Source: Dehalococcoidia bacterium
GTDB lineage: Bacteria; Chloroflexota; Dehalococcoidia; UBA2979
Assembly (NCBI GenBank): GCA_964291495.2
Contig: OZ219871.1
Coordinates: 192,001-256,000, forward strand
Reading direction: 5' to 3'
Length of the DNA stretch: 64,000 nucleotides
Shown here: positions 49,168 through 57,957 of the stretch, piece after piece
How the letters are laid out: each line of letters starts with the position of its first letter
Numbering within the stretch: the first letter of the stretch is position 1
Notes under the pieces: model-generated
Seen by the model: the letters and a program-made list of their open reading frames with translations, nothing else
What the model was told of the DNA's origin: nothing
Database searches by the model: none
Made by a program: the position numbers and the translations under genes

Positions 49168-50418
49168 GTGACCGCCCGACCGCTCGACGACGTGCTCGTG
49201 GTGGAGTGGTGCTCGCTCGTCTGCGGCCCGTTCTGCGGCAAATGGCTCGCCGAGGCCGGGGCCGACGTGATCAAGATCGAGGCGCCCGGCGGGGGCGACG
49301 AGGCGCGCCGCCGCGGCCCCTTCCCCAACGACGAGCCCGACCCGGAGCGCAGCGGCCTCTACCTGCTACTCAACACCAACAAGCGCAGCGTCACGCTCGA
49401 CCCCGGGACTGCGGACGGCCTCGCGATCCTGCGCGACCTGATCGCGCGCGCCGACGTCTTCCTGCACGACCGCCCGCCCACGCTCGCCGACGAGCTGGGC
49501 CTCGACTACGAGACGCTGTCGGCTCAACACGAGCGGCTGGTCGTGACGGCGATCACCCCCTACGGCTCCACCGGCCCGAGGCGCGACGAGCACGCCTACC
49601 CGCTCAACGTCGTGCACGCCAGCGGGACCACCTACCACCAGCTCGCGGGCCAGATCGCGCTGCGCGACTTCCCGGACGAAGGTCCGGTCAAGCCCGGCTC
49701 CTTCATCGCCGAGTGCGACGCGGGGCTGAACGCCGCAACCGCCACCCTCGCGGCGCTGCTCGCGCGGATGAGCACGGGTCGCGGGCAGTTCGTCGACGTC
49801 TCCAGGCAGTGGGCGCTGATGAGCACGCAGCGGCCCGAGGTGCACCGCTACGCCTCGGACGGCACGCTCGTGACGCGCGAGCTGGACACCGAGTGGTTCC
49901 CCGGCGTCTACCAGTGCAAGGACGGCTGGATCGTGATCGGCGCCGTCTGGGGCGCGCGCAACTGGGGCGCCCTCGTCGAGATGATGGGCGGTGACCCCTG
50001 GTTCGCCTCGGAGCAATGGTTCACCGAGGCGCTCTGGAACCTCCCCCAGCTCGGTATCCCCAAGCCCGACCACGCCGACGAGGTGCGCGACACGATCGCC
50101 GAGTGGTGCATGGAACGGACCCGCGAGCAGATCCAGCAGGTCGGGCAGGCGCACGGCCTCACGATCACCGGCCACGCCACCATGGAGGAGGTGCTCGCCA
50201 GCGAGCAGATGCGCGTGCGCGGCTTCCTCCGCGAGGTCGAACACCCCGAGACCGGCCCGCTGACCGACACCGCCTTCCCGTTCCGCACCTCGACGATCGA
50301 GTCGCGGCGGCCGGGCCCCGCGCCGCTCCTCGGCGAGCACAACCGCGAGATCTACTGCGACCTGCTCGGCCTCGAGCCGGAGCAGCTCCCGATCCTCCGC
50401 CACGCGGGCGCGATCTAG
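49168..50418 (+). CDS. CaiB/BaiF class III CoA-transferase (Asp->Glu variant)
   Basis: GADVIKIE, NTNKRSVTLD, TGRGQFVD and APLLGEHN motifs. Confidence 0.9.
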   Translation: MTARPLDDVLVVEWCSLVCGPFCGKWLAEAGADVIKIEAPGGGDEARRRGPFPNDEPDPERSGLYLLLNTNKRSVTLDPGTADGLAILRDLIARADVFLHDRPPTLADELGLDYETLSAQHERLVVTAITPYGSTGPRRDEHAYPLNVVHASGTTYHQLAGQIALRDFPDEGPVKPGSFIAECDAGLNAATATLAALLARMSTGRGQFVDVSRQWALMSTQRPEVHRYASDGTLVTRELDTEWFPGVYQCKDGWIVIGAVWGARNWGALVEMMGGDPWFASEQWFTEALWNLPQLGIPKPDHADEVRDTIAEWCMERTREQIQQVGQAHGLTITGHATMEEVLASEQMRVRGFLREVEHPETGPLTDTAFPFRTSTIESRRPGPAPLLGEHNREIYCDLLGLEPEQLPILRHAGAI

Positions 50419-50432
50419 GCGCTCCTGCAGCG

Positions 50433-50861
50433 ATGGCTACTTCGATCCGGCTCAGGGAGTGTCGCAACGAGGATGTCGACGCCGTGCTCGCGCTCTGGCG
50501 TCGCGCGGAGACTGTTCCACGCCCGACCGACCGTCCGGACGCACTACGGCAGCGGATTCAGCACGACGACGGACTCTTCCTTGTCGCCGTCGACGGCGAT
50601 CGCGTCGTCGGATCGTTGATCGGAAGCTGGGATGGCTGGCGCGCCGGGCACGCGCGACTGGCAGTGGACCCCGAGTACCGCCGCCATGGGATTGCGACCA
50701 GGCTCGTCGCGGAGGTCGAGCGCCGCCAAGTCGTCTTGGGCGCAGAGCGATCCACGATCCGCGTCTTCCACAACGAACCCGGCGCCGTGGCATTCTGGAC
50801 TTCGCTTGGCTACGTCGCTGACTCCGACGAATCGATCTACGTGAAGGGACTCGAACGATGA
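50433..50861 (+). CDS. GNAT acetyltransferase
   Basis: WDGWR, LAVDPEYRRHGIA and AVAFWTSLGY motifs. Confidence 0.88.
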   Translation: MATSIRLRECRNEDVDAVLALWRRAETVPRPTDRPDALRQRIQHDDGLFLVAVDGDRVVGSLIGSWDGWRAGHARLAVDPEYRRHGIATRLVAEVERRQVVLGAERSTIRVFHNEPGAVAFWTSLGYVADSDESIYVKGLER

Positions 50862-51964
50862 CGCGCGACCCGATGCAGACCCGGCTCTGCGACGAGTACG
50901 GCTGCGAGATCCCCCTCGTCGGCTTCGCCCACACCCGCGACGTGGTCGCCGCGGTGACGAACGCCGGTGGCATCGGCATGTACGGCGTGAACGCGCTGAC
51001 GCCCGAGGAGATCCGCAACGACATCCGCTGGATCCGCGAGCGCGTGGGCGACAAGCCGTTCGGCATCGACTTCCTGCTCTCCGCCTCGTACGTCGAGGGC
51101 ACGCCGGAGGAGCTGATGCCGCGCATCCCGCAGGAGCACTGGGACTTCGTCGACGGCGTGATGGCCGAGCACGGCATCCCGGAGCCGAAGACGCCCGGCC
51201 CCTGGGGCGTCAAGCGCGTCGACCTGCTGCGCAAGGCGCGCGCCAAGTTCGACGTGCTGATCGAGGAGCAGATCCCGATCTTTGCCTCCGGCATGGGGAG
51301 CCCCGCCTTCGCGCTGGAGCTGCTGCACGACGCCGGCATCAAGGTCTGGGGCCTGATCGGCCTCGCTCGCCAGGCGGCGCGGGAGCTGGAGCAGGGCCTC
51401 GACCTGATCGTGGCGCAGGGCCAGGACTCCGCCGGGCATACCGGGCGGATGGGCACCTTCTCGCTCGTCCCCGAGGTGGTCGAGCTGGCGCAGGCCTACG
51501 ACAAGCCGGTGCTCGCCGCGGGCGGCGTCACGCACGGCCGCCACATGGCCGCCGCACTCGCCCTCGGGGCGGACGGCGTCTGGACCGGCACGATCTGGCA
51601 GGCCACGCACGAGTCCGACACCTCGATGAAGAAGAAGCAGCGCCTCGTCGAGGGGCGCGGGCAGGACGCCTGGATCTCGACCGCCTACGACGGCAAGCGC
51701 GTGCGCGCGATGCGCTCGAAGTTCCAGGAGATGTGGGAGCGCGAGGACTCCCCCGAGATCCTGCCGATGCCGCTGCAGGGCATGCTCGTCGGCAAGATCG
51801 AGACGGCGATCGAGGACCACCAGCTCGACGACTGGCTGCATGTCACGGCTGGCCAGGGCCTGACCTTCATCGAGGAAGTCAAGCCCGCCCGCCAGGTCGT
51901 CTTCGACCTTGCCGACCAGGCGCGCGACGCCCTCGAGCGGCTCGGCGCCTACGGCGAGGAGTAG
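50858..51964 (+). CDS. Nitronate monooxygenase/FabK-family flavoprotein
   Basis: AAVTNAGGIG, VAQG..AGHTG, LAAGG and ALGADGVWTGT motifs. Confidence 0.9.
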   Translation: MTRDPMQTRLCDEYGCEIPLVGFAHTRDVVAAVTNAGGIGMYGVNALTPEEIRNDIRWIRERVGDKPFGIDFLLSASYVEGTPEELMPRIPQEHWDFVDGVMAEHGIPEPKTPGPWGVKRVDLLRKARAKFDVLIEEQIPIFASGMGSPAFALELLHDAGIKVWGLIGLARQAARELEQGLDLIVAQGQDSAGHTGRMGTFSLVPEVVELAQAYDKPVLAAGGVTHGRHMAAALALGADGVWTGTIWQATHESDTSMKKKQRLVEGRGQDAWISTAYDGKRVRAMRSKFQEMWEREDSPEILPMPLQGMLVGKIETAIEDHQLDDWLHVTAGQGLTFIEEVKPARQVVFDLADQARDALERLGAYGEE

Positions 51965-51979
51965 CGCGCGGCGATCGCG
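51940..51979 (+). repeat. 40-bp direct repeat, left copy (includes NMO stop codon)
   Basis: GCTCGGCGCCTACGGCGAGGAGTAGCGCGCGGCGATCGCG; 39/40 identical to 53924..53963. Confidence 0.95.
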
Positions 51980-53896
51980 CTAGCGGCGCGGCGGGCCGAC
52001 GGCGGAGCCGCCCCAGCAGACGATCTCGCCGTCTTCGGTGAGAGCGCAGGCACGCCCCCGCTCGCCGCGTACCGCCTTGTAGCGACCCGGAGGGGCCGCG
52101 AGCACTTCGGCCTCCCACCAGGGACCCCAACACGCGATGTCGCCGGCCTCGGTGATGCCGCAGGCGTGGTACCAGCCGAGACCCAGCTCCGTGAATCGCG
52201 TCGCGGGGGCTTCCGCGTACGCCGGTAACGAACCCCAGCAAACTGCCACACCGTCAGTGGCCAGGGCGCAGGTACCGGTCAGGCCCGCGCTGATCGATCG
52301 GTAGCGGCCCGACGCCGCGGCTGTCTGTCCGGAGTTGCTGCGGCCCCAACAAACGGCCGCCCCCTGCTCAGTCAGGGCGCAACTGTGGTCCCCTCCGGCG
52401 GCGACTGCCGAATAGTGACCGGCCGGGGCGTCAGACTCGCCCTCGTCGTTTTCGCCCCAGCAGGTCAGCTCCCCGCCAGTGGTCAGGGCGCAGACATGGC
52501 CCCCACCAACGCTCACGGCCTGGAACCGGCCGGGCGGAACGTCCCAGGCACGGAAGACATCGCCCCAGCAGACGATTCCTCCGTCCCCGTTCAGGGCGCA
52601 GGCCTGTCCACCGCCAACATCGATAGCCGTATACGGGCCCATTGTCGGCGCCCCGGCTCCGAGCGGCGTCTTGCCCCAGCAGGTGATCGTCCCCTCGGCG
52701 GTCAGCGCGCAGGCGTCGCGGTCACCGACGTCGAGCGCCACGTAGCGGCCGACGGGCGCATCCCAGGCGGTGTGGCCCCAGCAGATCAGACCCCCGCCCT
52801 CAGCCAGCGCACAGCTGTGAGCTGAGCCGACGGTCACGTCGATGTATCGGCCGGAAACGGGACGGGTGTTGCCGGACCTGTCGCGGCCCCAGCAGACGGC
52901 TTCCCCTTCGACGGTGAGGGCGCAGCTGTGCTGCGACCCTGCGCTCACCGCCATGAACGGCGCATACGACCGCCACGGCGCAGCGCCGCCCCATTGAGCG
53001 CCCCAGCAGGCGAGGTCGCCGTTCTCGTCGAGGACGCAGGCGTGGTTGCTGCCCCCCTCCACGGCAACGTAGCTCCCTCCACGTTCGAGGTGTTGGCCGC
53101 GGTTGCGAGACCAGCAAGCCAGACCTCGCTCGTGGGTGATCCCGCAGACCTCGTGACTGGCCACGCTCAGCGCGACATAGCTCCCCGGCAGCGAGTACGG
53201 CGTCCCGTCGGAGGTAGCTACGATGCATGTGATCGTGCCGCCGCTACTGAGCGCGCACCTGCCATACCCACCGGCGCTCACAGCGATGTAGCCGTCATCG
53301 GGCGCGGCGGGCAACGTGTGGGACTCCACGCCGGCGCCGCCCCAGCACACCGCCTCACCTTCGACGGTCAGGGCGCAGTTCGTATCGGCGCCGCTGCTGA
53401 GCGCCGTGTAGCGGCCCGAGGGGACATCGATCTGGCCGTAGTAGTTCTGACCCCAGCAGACGATCTCACCGTCCACGGTCAGCGCGCAGATGTGTGAATA
53501 GCCGGCGCTCGCCGCTACGTAGCGGCCGGGCGCGACACCGTTCGCGGCGTCAGCGGGGAGCGCGCCGGGGCGCCACGTCTCCGTATGAATCGCGTTGTAG
53601 CCGTTGACCGTGAAGGTCACTGTCGCCCCGCCGACGGCCTTGCCCGCGCAGCTACGCCAGCGCAGCTGCAAGAGCCACTCGTAGTTGGCGTTCGCGGTGG
53701 TCGTGGCGCAGATCGTGCCGTCGATCAGCGCGCTGATCTCGTCGCCCGGATTGGCGCGCCCGTAGTACGTGGCCGGAAAGAGCTCGCTCGCCTCGGCGGG
53801 CTGTGCCGTCACGATGATCCCAAGCAATACCGCCGCCAGCGCGACGCTGCCGACTGCCGCACGAGTCGATCGGCTGGCCGGGATCGCCCGCCTCAT
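51980..53896 (-). CDS. Secreted RCC1/BLIP-II-repeat protein (14 repeats)
   Basis: Signal peptide AxA; 14 copies of the pattern Y.A.SAG..H.CAL...G...CWG. Confidence 0.9.
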   Translation of the reverse strand: MRRAIPASRSTRAAVGSVALAAVLLGIIVTAQPAEASELFPATYYGRANPGDEISALIDGTICATTTANANYEWLLQLRWRSCAGKAVGGATVTFTVNGYNAIHTETWRPGALPADAANGVAPGRYVAASAGYSHICALTVDGEIVCWGQNYYGQIDVPSGRYTALSSGADTNCALTVEGEAVCWGGAGVESHTLPAAPDDGYIAVSAGGYGRCALSSGGTITCIVATSDGTPYSLPGSYVALSVASHEVCGITHERGLACWSRNRGQHLERGGSYVAVEGGSNHACVLDENGDLACWGAQWGGAAPWRSYAPFMAVSAGSQHSCALTVEGEAVCWGRDRSGNTRPVSGRYIDVTVGSAHSCALAEGGGLICWGHTAWDAPVGRYVALDVGDRDACALTAEGTITCWGKTPLGAGAPTMGPYTAIDVGGGQACALNGDGGIVCWGDVFRAWDVPPGRFQAVSVGGGHVCALTTGGELTCWGENDEGESDAPAGHYSAVAAGGDHSCALTEQGAAVCWGRSNSGQTAAASGRYRSISAGLTGTCALATDGVAVCWGSLPAYAEAPATRFTELGLGWYHACGITEAGDIACWGPWWEAEVLAAPPGRYKAVRGERGRACALTEDGEIVCWGGSAVGPPRR

Positions 53897-53923
53897 ACGG
53901 CCAGTGTACGCAGCCGAGCATCC

Positions 53924-53963
53924 GCTCGGCGCCTACGGCGAGGAGTAGCGCGCAGCGATCGCG
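53924..53963 (+). repeat. 40-bp direct repeat, right copy
   Basis: GCTCGGCGCCTACGGCGAGGAGTAGCGCGCAGCGATCGCG. Confidence 0.95.
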
Positions 53964-53985
53964 GGCAACGTAGCGAGCAACGAGA

Positions 53986-54007
53986 GAGCCGCCCTCGCGG
54001 GCGGCTC
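53986..54007. terminator. Hairpin terminator
   Basis: GAGCCGCCC-TCGC-GGGCGGCTC. Confidence 0.65.
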
Positions 54008-54035
54008 CGTCGTGTCTGCGGCCGAGGGAACGGCG

Positions 54036-54806
54036 TTAGCGGCCCTTCCACTCCGGCTGGCGCTTCTCGGCGAAGGCGCGCGGACCCTCGGAGATGTCCT
54101 CGCTGGTCTCGACGCGGTGCAGCAGGTGCTTGGCCATGATCATCGCCTCGTCGTGCGGCAGCACGTGGGTGCGGTAGAGGATCTCCTTGAGGCAGCGCAC
54201 GGAGAGCGGCGCGTTCTCGGTCAGGATGTTGGCCCAGCGGTAGGCCTCGTCCAGCACGTCCTCCTTCGGGACGATCGAGTTGATGAAGCCCATCTCCTTG
54301 GCGCGCTCCGGCGTGATGTACTCGCCCATCAGCACCACCTCGAGGGCGTTGCCGAGGCCGATGATGCGCGGCAGGTCCGCCACCCAGTGCGGCATCAGCC
54401 CGCGCTTCACCTCGCGAATGCCGAGGATGGCGTCGTCCGCGCAGATCCGGAAGTCGGAGCGCTGCGCCATCATCCAGCCGCCGGCCAGGCAGTAGCCGTG
54501 GATCGCGGCGATCACCGGCTTCCAGACGTTCTCCGGGTTGCTGTTGCCGGTGACGCGCACCTTGCGCCAGTCGATGCCCTGGGCGTTCATCTCCGCGCGC
54601 TCCTTGAGGTCCATCCCCGCGGAGAAGGCGCGGCTGTCCGGGTGCGCACTGAGGATCGCGACCCAGATGTCGTCGTCCTCCTCGACCTCACGCCAGGCGT
54701 CGGCGAGCGCCTGGTTGAGCTCGAAGTTGAGCGCGTTCATGACCTCGGGACGGTTCATCTCGAGGTGTGCGATGTGGTTCTCGACCTTGAAGTTCAGGAC
54801 CGACAC
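54036..54806 (-). CDS. Enoyl-CoA hydratase/isomerase
   Basis: MNRPEVMNAL, FSAGMDL, KPVIAAIHG, REVKRG and FAEKR motifs. Confidence 0.93.
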   Translation of the reverse strand: MSVLNFKVENHIAHLEMNRPEVMNALNFELNQALADAWREVEEDDDIWVAILSAHPDSRAFSAGMDLKERAEMNAQGIDWRKVRVTGNSNPENVWKPVIAAIHGYCLAGGWMMAQRSDFRICADDAILGIREVKRGLMPHWVADLPRIIGLGNALEVVLMGEYITPERAKEMGFINSIVPKEDVLDEAYRWANILTENAPLSVRCLKEILYRTHVLPHDEAMIMAKHLLHRVETSEDISEGPRAFAEKRQPEWKGR

Positions 54807-55011
54807 GGTTACCCCCTGGTTGCTGCGTTCACATCCTTTGCTGAGCGCGGGTGAAGGTACGTCAACCCCCCGCCGAATGTCCACGCGCGCCGCCTGGACG
54901 CAGTCGGCGCCGCATCGCGTGCCGCCGCTTCCCGGCGCGCCCGATCTCCTCGAACCCCGCCGCGCGAGCGCGCGGGCGGGTGCCCATAACGGCGCGCCCC
55001 GGGCGCGTTCC

Positions 55012-55049
55012 CCCTCACCCCCCGCCCTCCCCCGCCGGGGGGGAGGGGG
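55012..55049. repeat. REP-like unit related to the 43.7-kb element
   Basis: CCCTCACCC..CCCTCCCCC-GCC-GGGGGGGAGGGGG palindrome. Confidence 0.6.
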
Positions 55050-55172
55050 CCGGATCGGCCTCGGGAGGTGTGTCTCGCGAGGCGCGACCGGGCGCCGCGC
55101 GCTCCCCCGCCGCGAGTCTATCGAGGGCGGCGCGTATCATCCCCGGCGGACGATCGGGCGAGAGGAGCGGCC

Positions 55173-55964
55173 ATGGACCTGTCGACGTACGAGCACATCG
55201 AGTTCCGGCGCGAGGGCGACGTGCTGGTGATGACGCTAAACCGGCCGGAGCGCCTCAACGCGGTGCACCCGCCGCTGCGCATGGAGCTGATCCGCGCCTT
55301 CAACGAGCTGGACGACGACGAGTCGCGCGCCGTCGTGATCACCGGCGCGGGCCGCGCCTTCTGCGCGGGCGGCGACGTGCAGCGCATGGACGAGCAGGGC
55401 GGCAGCAGCACGCGCGCCAAGTTTGCCCAGGTGCGCACCGGCGAGATCGTGCGCGCGCAACTCGACCTCGAGAAGCCGTGCGTCGCCGCCGTGCGGGGCC
55501 CGGCGATCGGCCTCGGCGCGAGCATCGCGCTGATGTGCGACGTGGTCGTCGCCTCGGAGACCGCGCGCATCGGCGACCGGCACGTCAACGTCGGCCTCGT
55601 CGCCGGCGACGGCGGCGCGCTGATCTGGCCGCTGCTGGTCGGCCTGAACAAGGCCAAGGAGCTGCTGATGCTCGGCGACCTCGTCGAGGGCGAGGAGCTG
55701 GAGCGGCTCGGCATCGTCAACCACCTCGTGCCGGACGAGGAGCTGGAGGCGCGTTCGCTGGAGCTGGCGCAGCGCCTCGCGGCGATGCCGCCGTACGCGG
55801 TGAAGGCGACGAAGATCACGGTCAACACGCTGCTGCGCGACAAGCTCTCCGCGGTCCTCGACCTCGGACTGGCGTACGAGCACTACTCGGCGAAGATGGC
55901 CGACCACCGCGAGGCGACGCGCGCCTGGTCGGAGCGGCGCGACGGCGTCTTCACCGGCGAGTAG
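55173..55964 (+). CDS. Crotonase-family enzyme (His/Asp type)
   Basis: LNRPERLNA, FCAGGD and GDRHVNVGLVAGDGG motifs. Confidence 0.9.
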   Translation: MDLSTYEHIEFRREGDVLVMTLNRPERLNAVHPPLRMELIRAFNELDDDESRAVVITGAGRAFCAGGDVQRMDEQGGSSTRAKFAQVRTGEIVRAQLDLEKPCVAAVRGPAIGLGASIALMCDVVVASETARIGDRHVNVGLVAGDGGALIWPLLVGLNKAKELLMLGDLVEGEELERLGIVNHLVPDEELEARSLELAQRLAAMPPYAVKATKITVNTLLRDKLSAVLDLGLAYEHYSAKMADHREATRAWSERRDGVFTGE

Positions 55965-56006
55965 GCCACGAGGCAGCAGGGACGCACGAGGGACGGAGGG
56001 CGCACG

Positions 56007-56804
56007 ATGGCGGACTACGCGGGCTACGAGACGATCACGATCGAGCGGCAGGAGCGCGTGCTGCGGCTGACCATGAACCGCCCGGAGGCGCTCAACGCCT
56101 TCAACGCGCAGATGCACGAGGAGCTGTCCCGCCTCTTCGTCGAGATCGACATGGACCCCGACACGGACGTCGTGGTGCTGACCGGCGCCGGCCGCGCCTT
56201 CTCCGCCGGCGGCGACATGGGCTGGCTACAGGAGATGATCGACGACCCCTCGGTCTGGGACCGCACCAGCACCGAGGGCAAGCGCATCGTGCTCTCCATC
56301 CTCGAGGCGCGGCAGCCGGTGATCGCGCGCATCAACGGCGCGGCGGTCGGCCTGGGCGCGACGGTCGCGCTCGCCTGCGACGTCACGTTCGCCGCCGAGG
56401 GCGCGCTGATCGGCGACCCGCACGTCAGCGTCGGCCTCGTCGCCGGCGACGGCGGCAGCACGCTCTGGCCGGCCCTCGTCGGTTACGCGCGGGCGCGTGA
56501 GTTCCTCTACACCGGCGAGCTCATCGAGGCGACGCGGGCGGCGGAGCTGGGCCTCATCAACCACGCCGTGCCCGCCGAGGAGCTTGACGAGGTGGTCGAC
56601 GCCTTCGTCGCGCGCCTCGCGAACGGTCCGACGGTGGCGATCCAGGGGACGAAGGCCTCGATCAACCAGCCGCTGCGCGACACTGCCGTGACCAACCTCG
56701 GCCTCTCGCTTGCCCTCGAGGGCATCTCGAACGTGAGCGCCGACCACCAGGAAGGCATCACCGCCTTCAAGGAGCGCCGCGAGCCGAAGTTCACGGGACG
56801 CTGA
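56007..56804 (+). CDS. Crotonase-family enzyme (His/Asp type)
   Basis: MNRPEALNA, FSAGGD and GDPHVSVGLVAGDGG motifs. Confidence 0.9.
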   Translation: MADYAGYETITIERQERVLRLTMNRPEALNAFNAQMHEELSRLFVEIDMDPDTDVVVLTGAGRAFSAGGDMGWLQEMIDDPSVWDRTSTEGKRIVLSILEARQPVIARINGAAVGLGATVALACDVTFAAEGALIGDPHVSVGLVAGDGGSTLWPALVGYARAREFLYTGELIEATRAAELGLINHAVPAEELDEVVDAFVARLANGPTVAIQGTKASINQPLRDTAVTNLGLSLALEGISNVSADHQEGITAFKERREPKFTGR

Positions 56805-56816
56805 CGGCCGCGGGGG

Positions 56817-57707
56817 CTACCCCGAGCCGAAGGCCTCGCGGAAGTCGCGCAGCGCGTCGATGTGCTGCTGCACGGTCGTGAGGCCGCCCTCGAGGGTGTG
56901 CAGCGAGAAGTGCGTCGCGCCCGCCTCCTCGCAGCGCCGCGCATGCTCCGCCTGCTGCTCGGGAGTCCAGCGCGCGACGCGCGCGCGGGTCTCGATGCCG
57001 ATCTCCGCCGGGTCGCGTCCGGCGGCGCGGGCCGCCTCATGGACCCGCTCGATGGCGCCCGGCAGGTAGTCCGCGCGCGCCCAGCCGACGACCCAGCCGT
57101 CCGCGATGCGCCCGACGCGGTCCAGCACGGCGGGCGCATGGCCGCCGATCCAGACGGGGATCGAGCGCGCCGGGCGCGGGGCGATCGCGGACTCCGGCAC
57201 GGAATCGAACTCGCCCTCGAAGCTCAGCAGCGGCTCCGTCCAGAGCCGCCGCATCAGGGCGATCTGCTCCTCCGAGCGCCGCCCGCGCGCGCGGAACTCC
57301 TCGCCGAGCCCGAGCCCGCGGTACTCGACATCGGACCAGCCGGTGCCGATGCCGAGCATGAGGCGGCCGCCGGAGAGGATGTCGACCTCGGCGGCCTGTT
57401 TCGCGGCGAGCACGGTCTGGCGTTGCGGAAGCACGAGGATGCCGGTGAGGAAGCGAGGTCGGGTCGTGATCGCGGCCAGGTAGCCCATCAGCACCATCGG
57501 CTCGTGCCAGTCCGTGGTGCTGGTGTAGTAGCCGCGCCGCTCTGCTCGGCCCTGGCGGTCCGGCGCGTCGTCGGGGTCGGCGCTGAGGACGTGGTCGTAG
57601 ACCTCGATCAGGTCGTAGCCGAGGTCCTCGGCGGCCTGCGCCCAGTCGCGGATCGCGGCCGGGTCGGAGCCGATCTCGTTGGTGGGGAAGCAAGCGCCAA
57701 GTTCCAT
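56817..57707 (-). CDS. LLM-class oxidoreductase, probably F420-dependent
   Basis: AQAAEDLGYD...DHV, LPQRQTVLAAKQAAEVDILSGGR and IPVWIGG motifs. Confidence 0.88.
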   Translation of the reverse strand: MELGACFPTNEIGSDPAAIRDWAQAAEDLGYDLIEVYDHVLSADPDDAPDRQGRAERRGYYTSTTDWHEPMVLMGYLAAITTRPRFLTGILVLPQRQTVLAAKQAAEVDILSGGRLMLGIGTGWSDVEYRGLGLGEEFRARGRRSEEQIALMRRLWTEPLLSFEGEFDSVPESAIAPRPARSIPVWIGGHAPAVLDRVGRIADGWVVGWARADYLPGAIERVHEAARAAGRDPAEIGIETRARVARWTPEQQAEHARRCEEAGATHFSLHTLEGGLTTVQQHIDALRDFREAFGSG

Positions 57708-57957
57708 CGTCTCCTCCTTGCGGGTGCAGCGGCCGCGGTTCGTCTCAGAGGCTACGCCGCGAGGCAAGCACTGAGGGCCGAGCTCGCGTCTCGAGGCGCC
57801 TCGTCGGCAGGTCCTCAAGTTTGCCCGCAGACGCGCGCTCTGTTATCAACCTGTGGGCGCTCCTCGATCCACGGGGAGCGTCACGGGTCGCGCTGGCCGG
57901 GCGGGCAGAGCGCTGACACAGCGGCGGACCCCATACAGCAGACCAGAGGAGGTCTCG

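Noticed and set aside
50419-50861. GNAT gene as a second repeat-flanked cassette
   Set aside because: Codon usage looks atypical, but no convincing flanking direct repeat was seen
51980-53600. RCC1 repeats as a diversity-generating retroelement target
   Set aside because: Repeats are divergent at DNA level; no TR/VR pair or reverse transcriptase in the window
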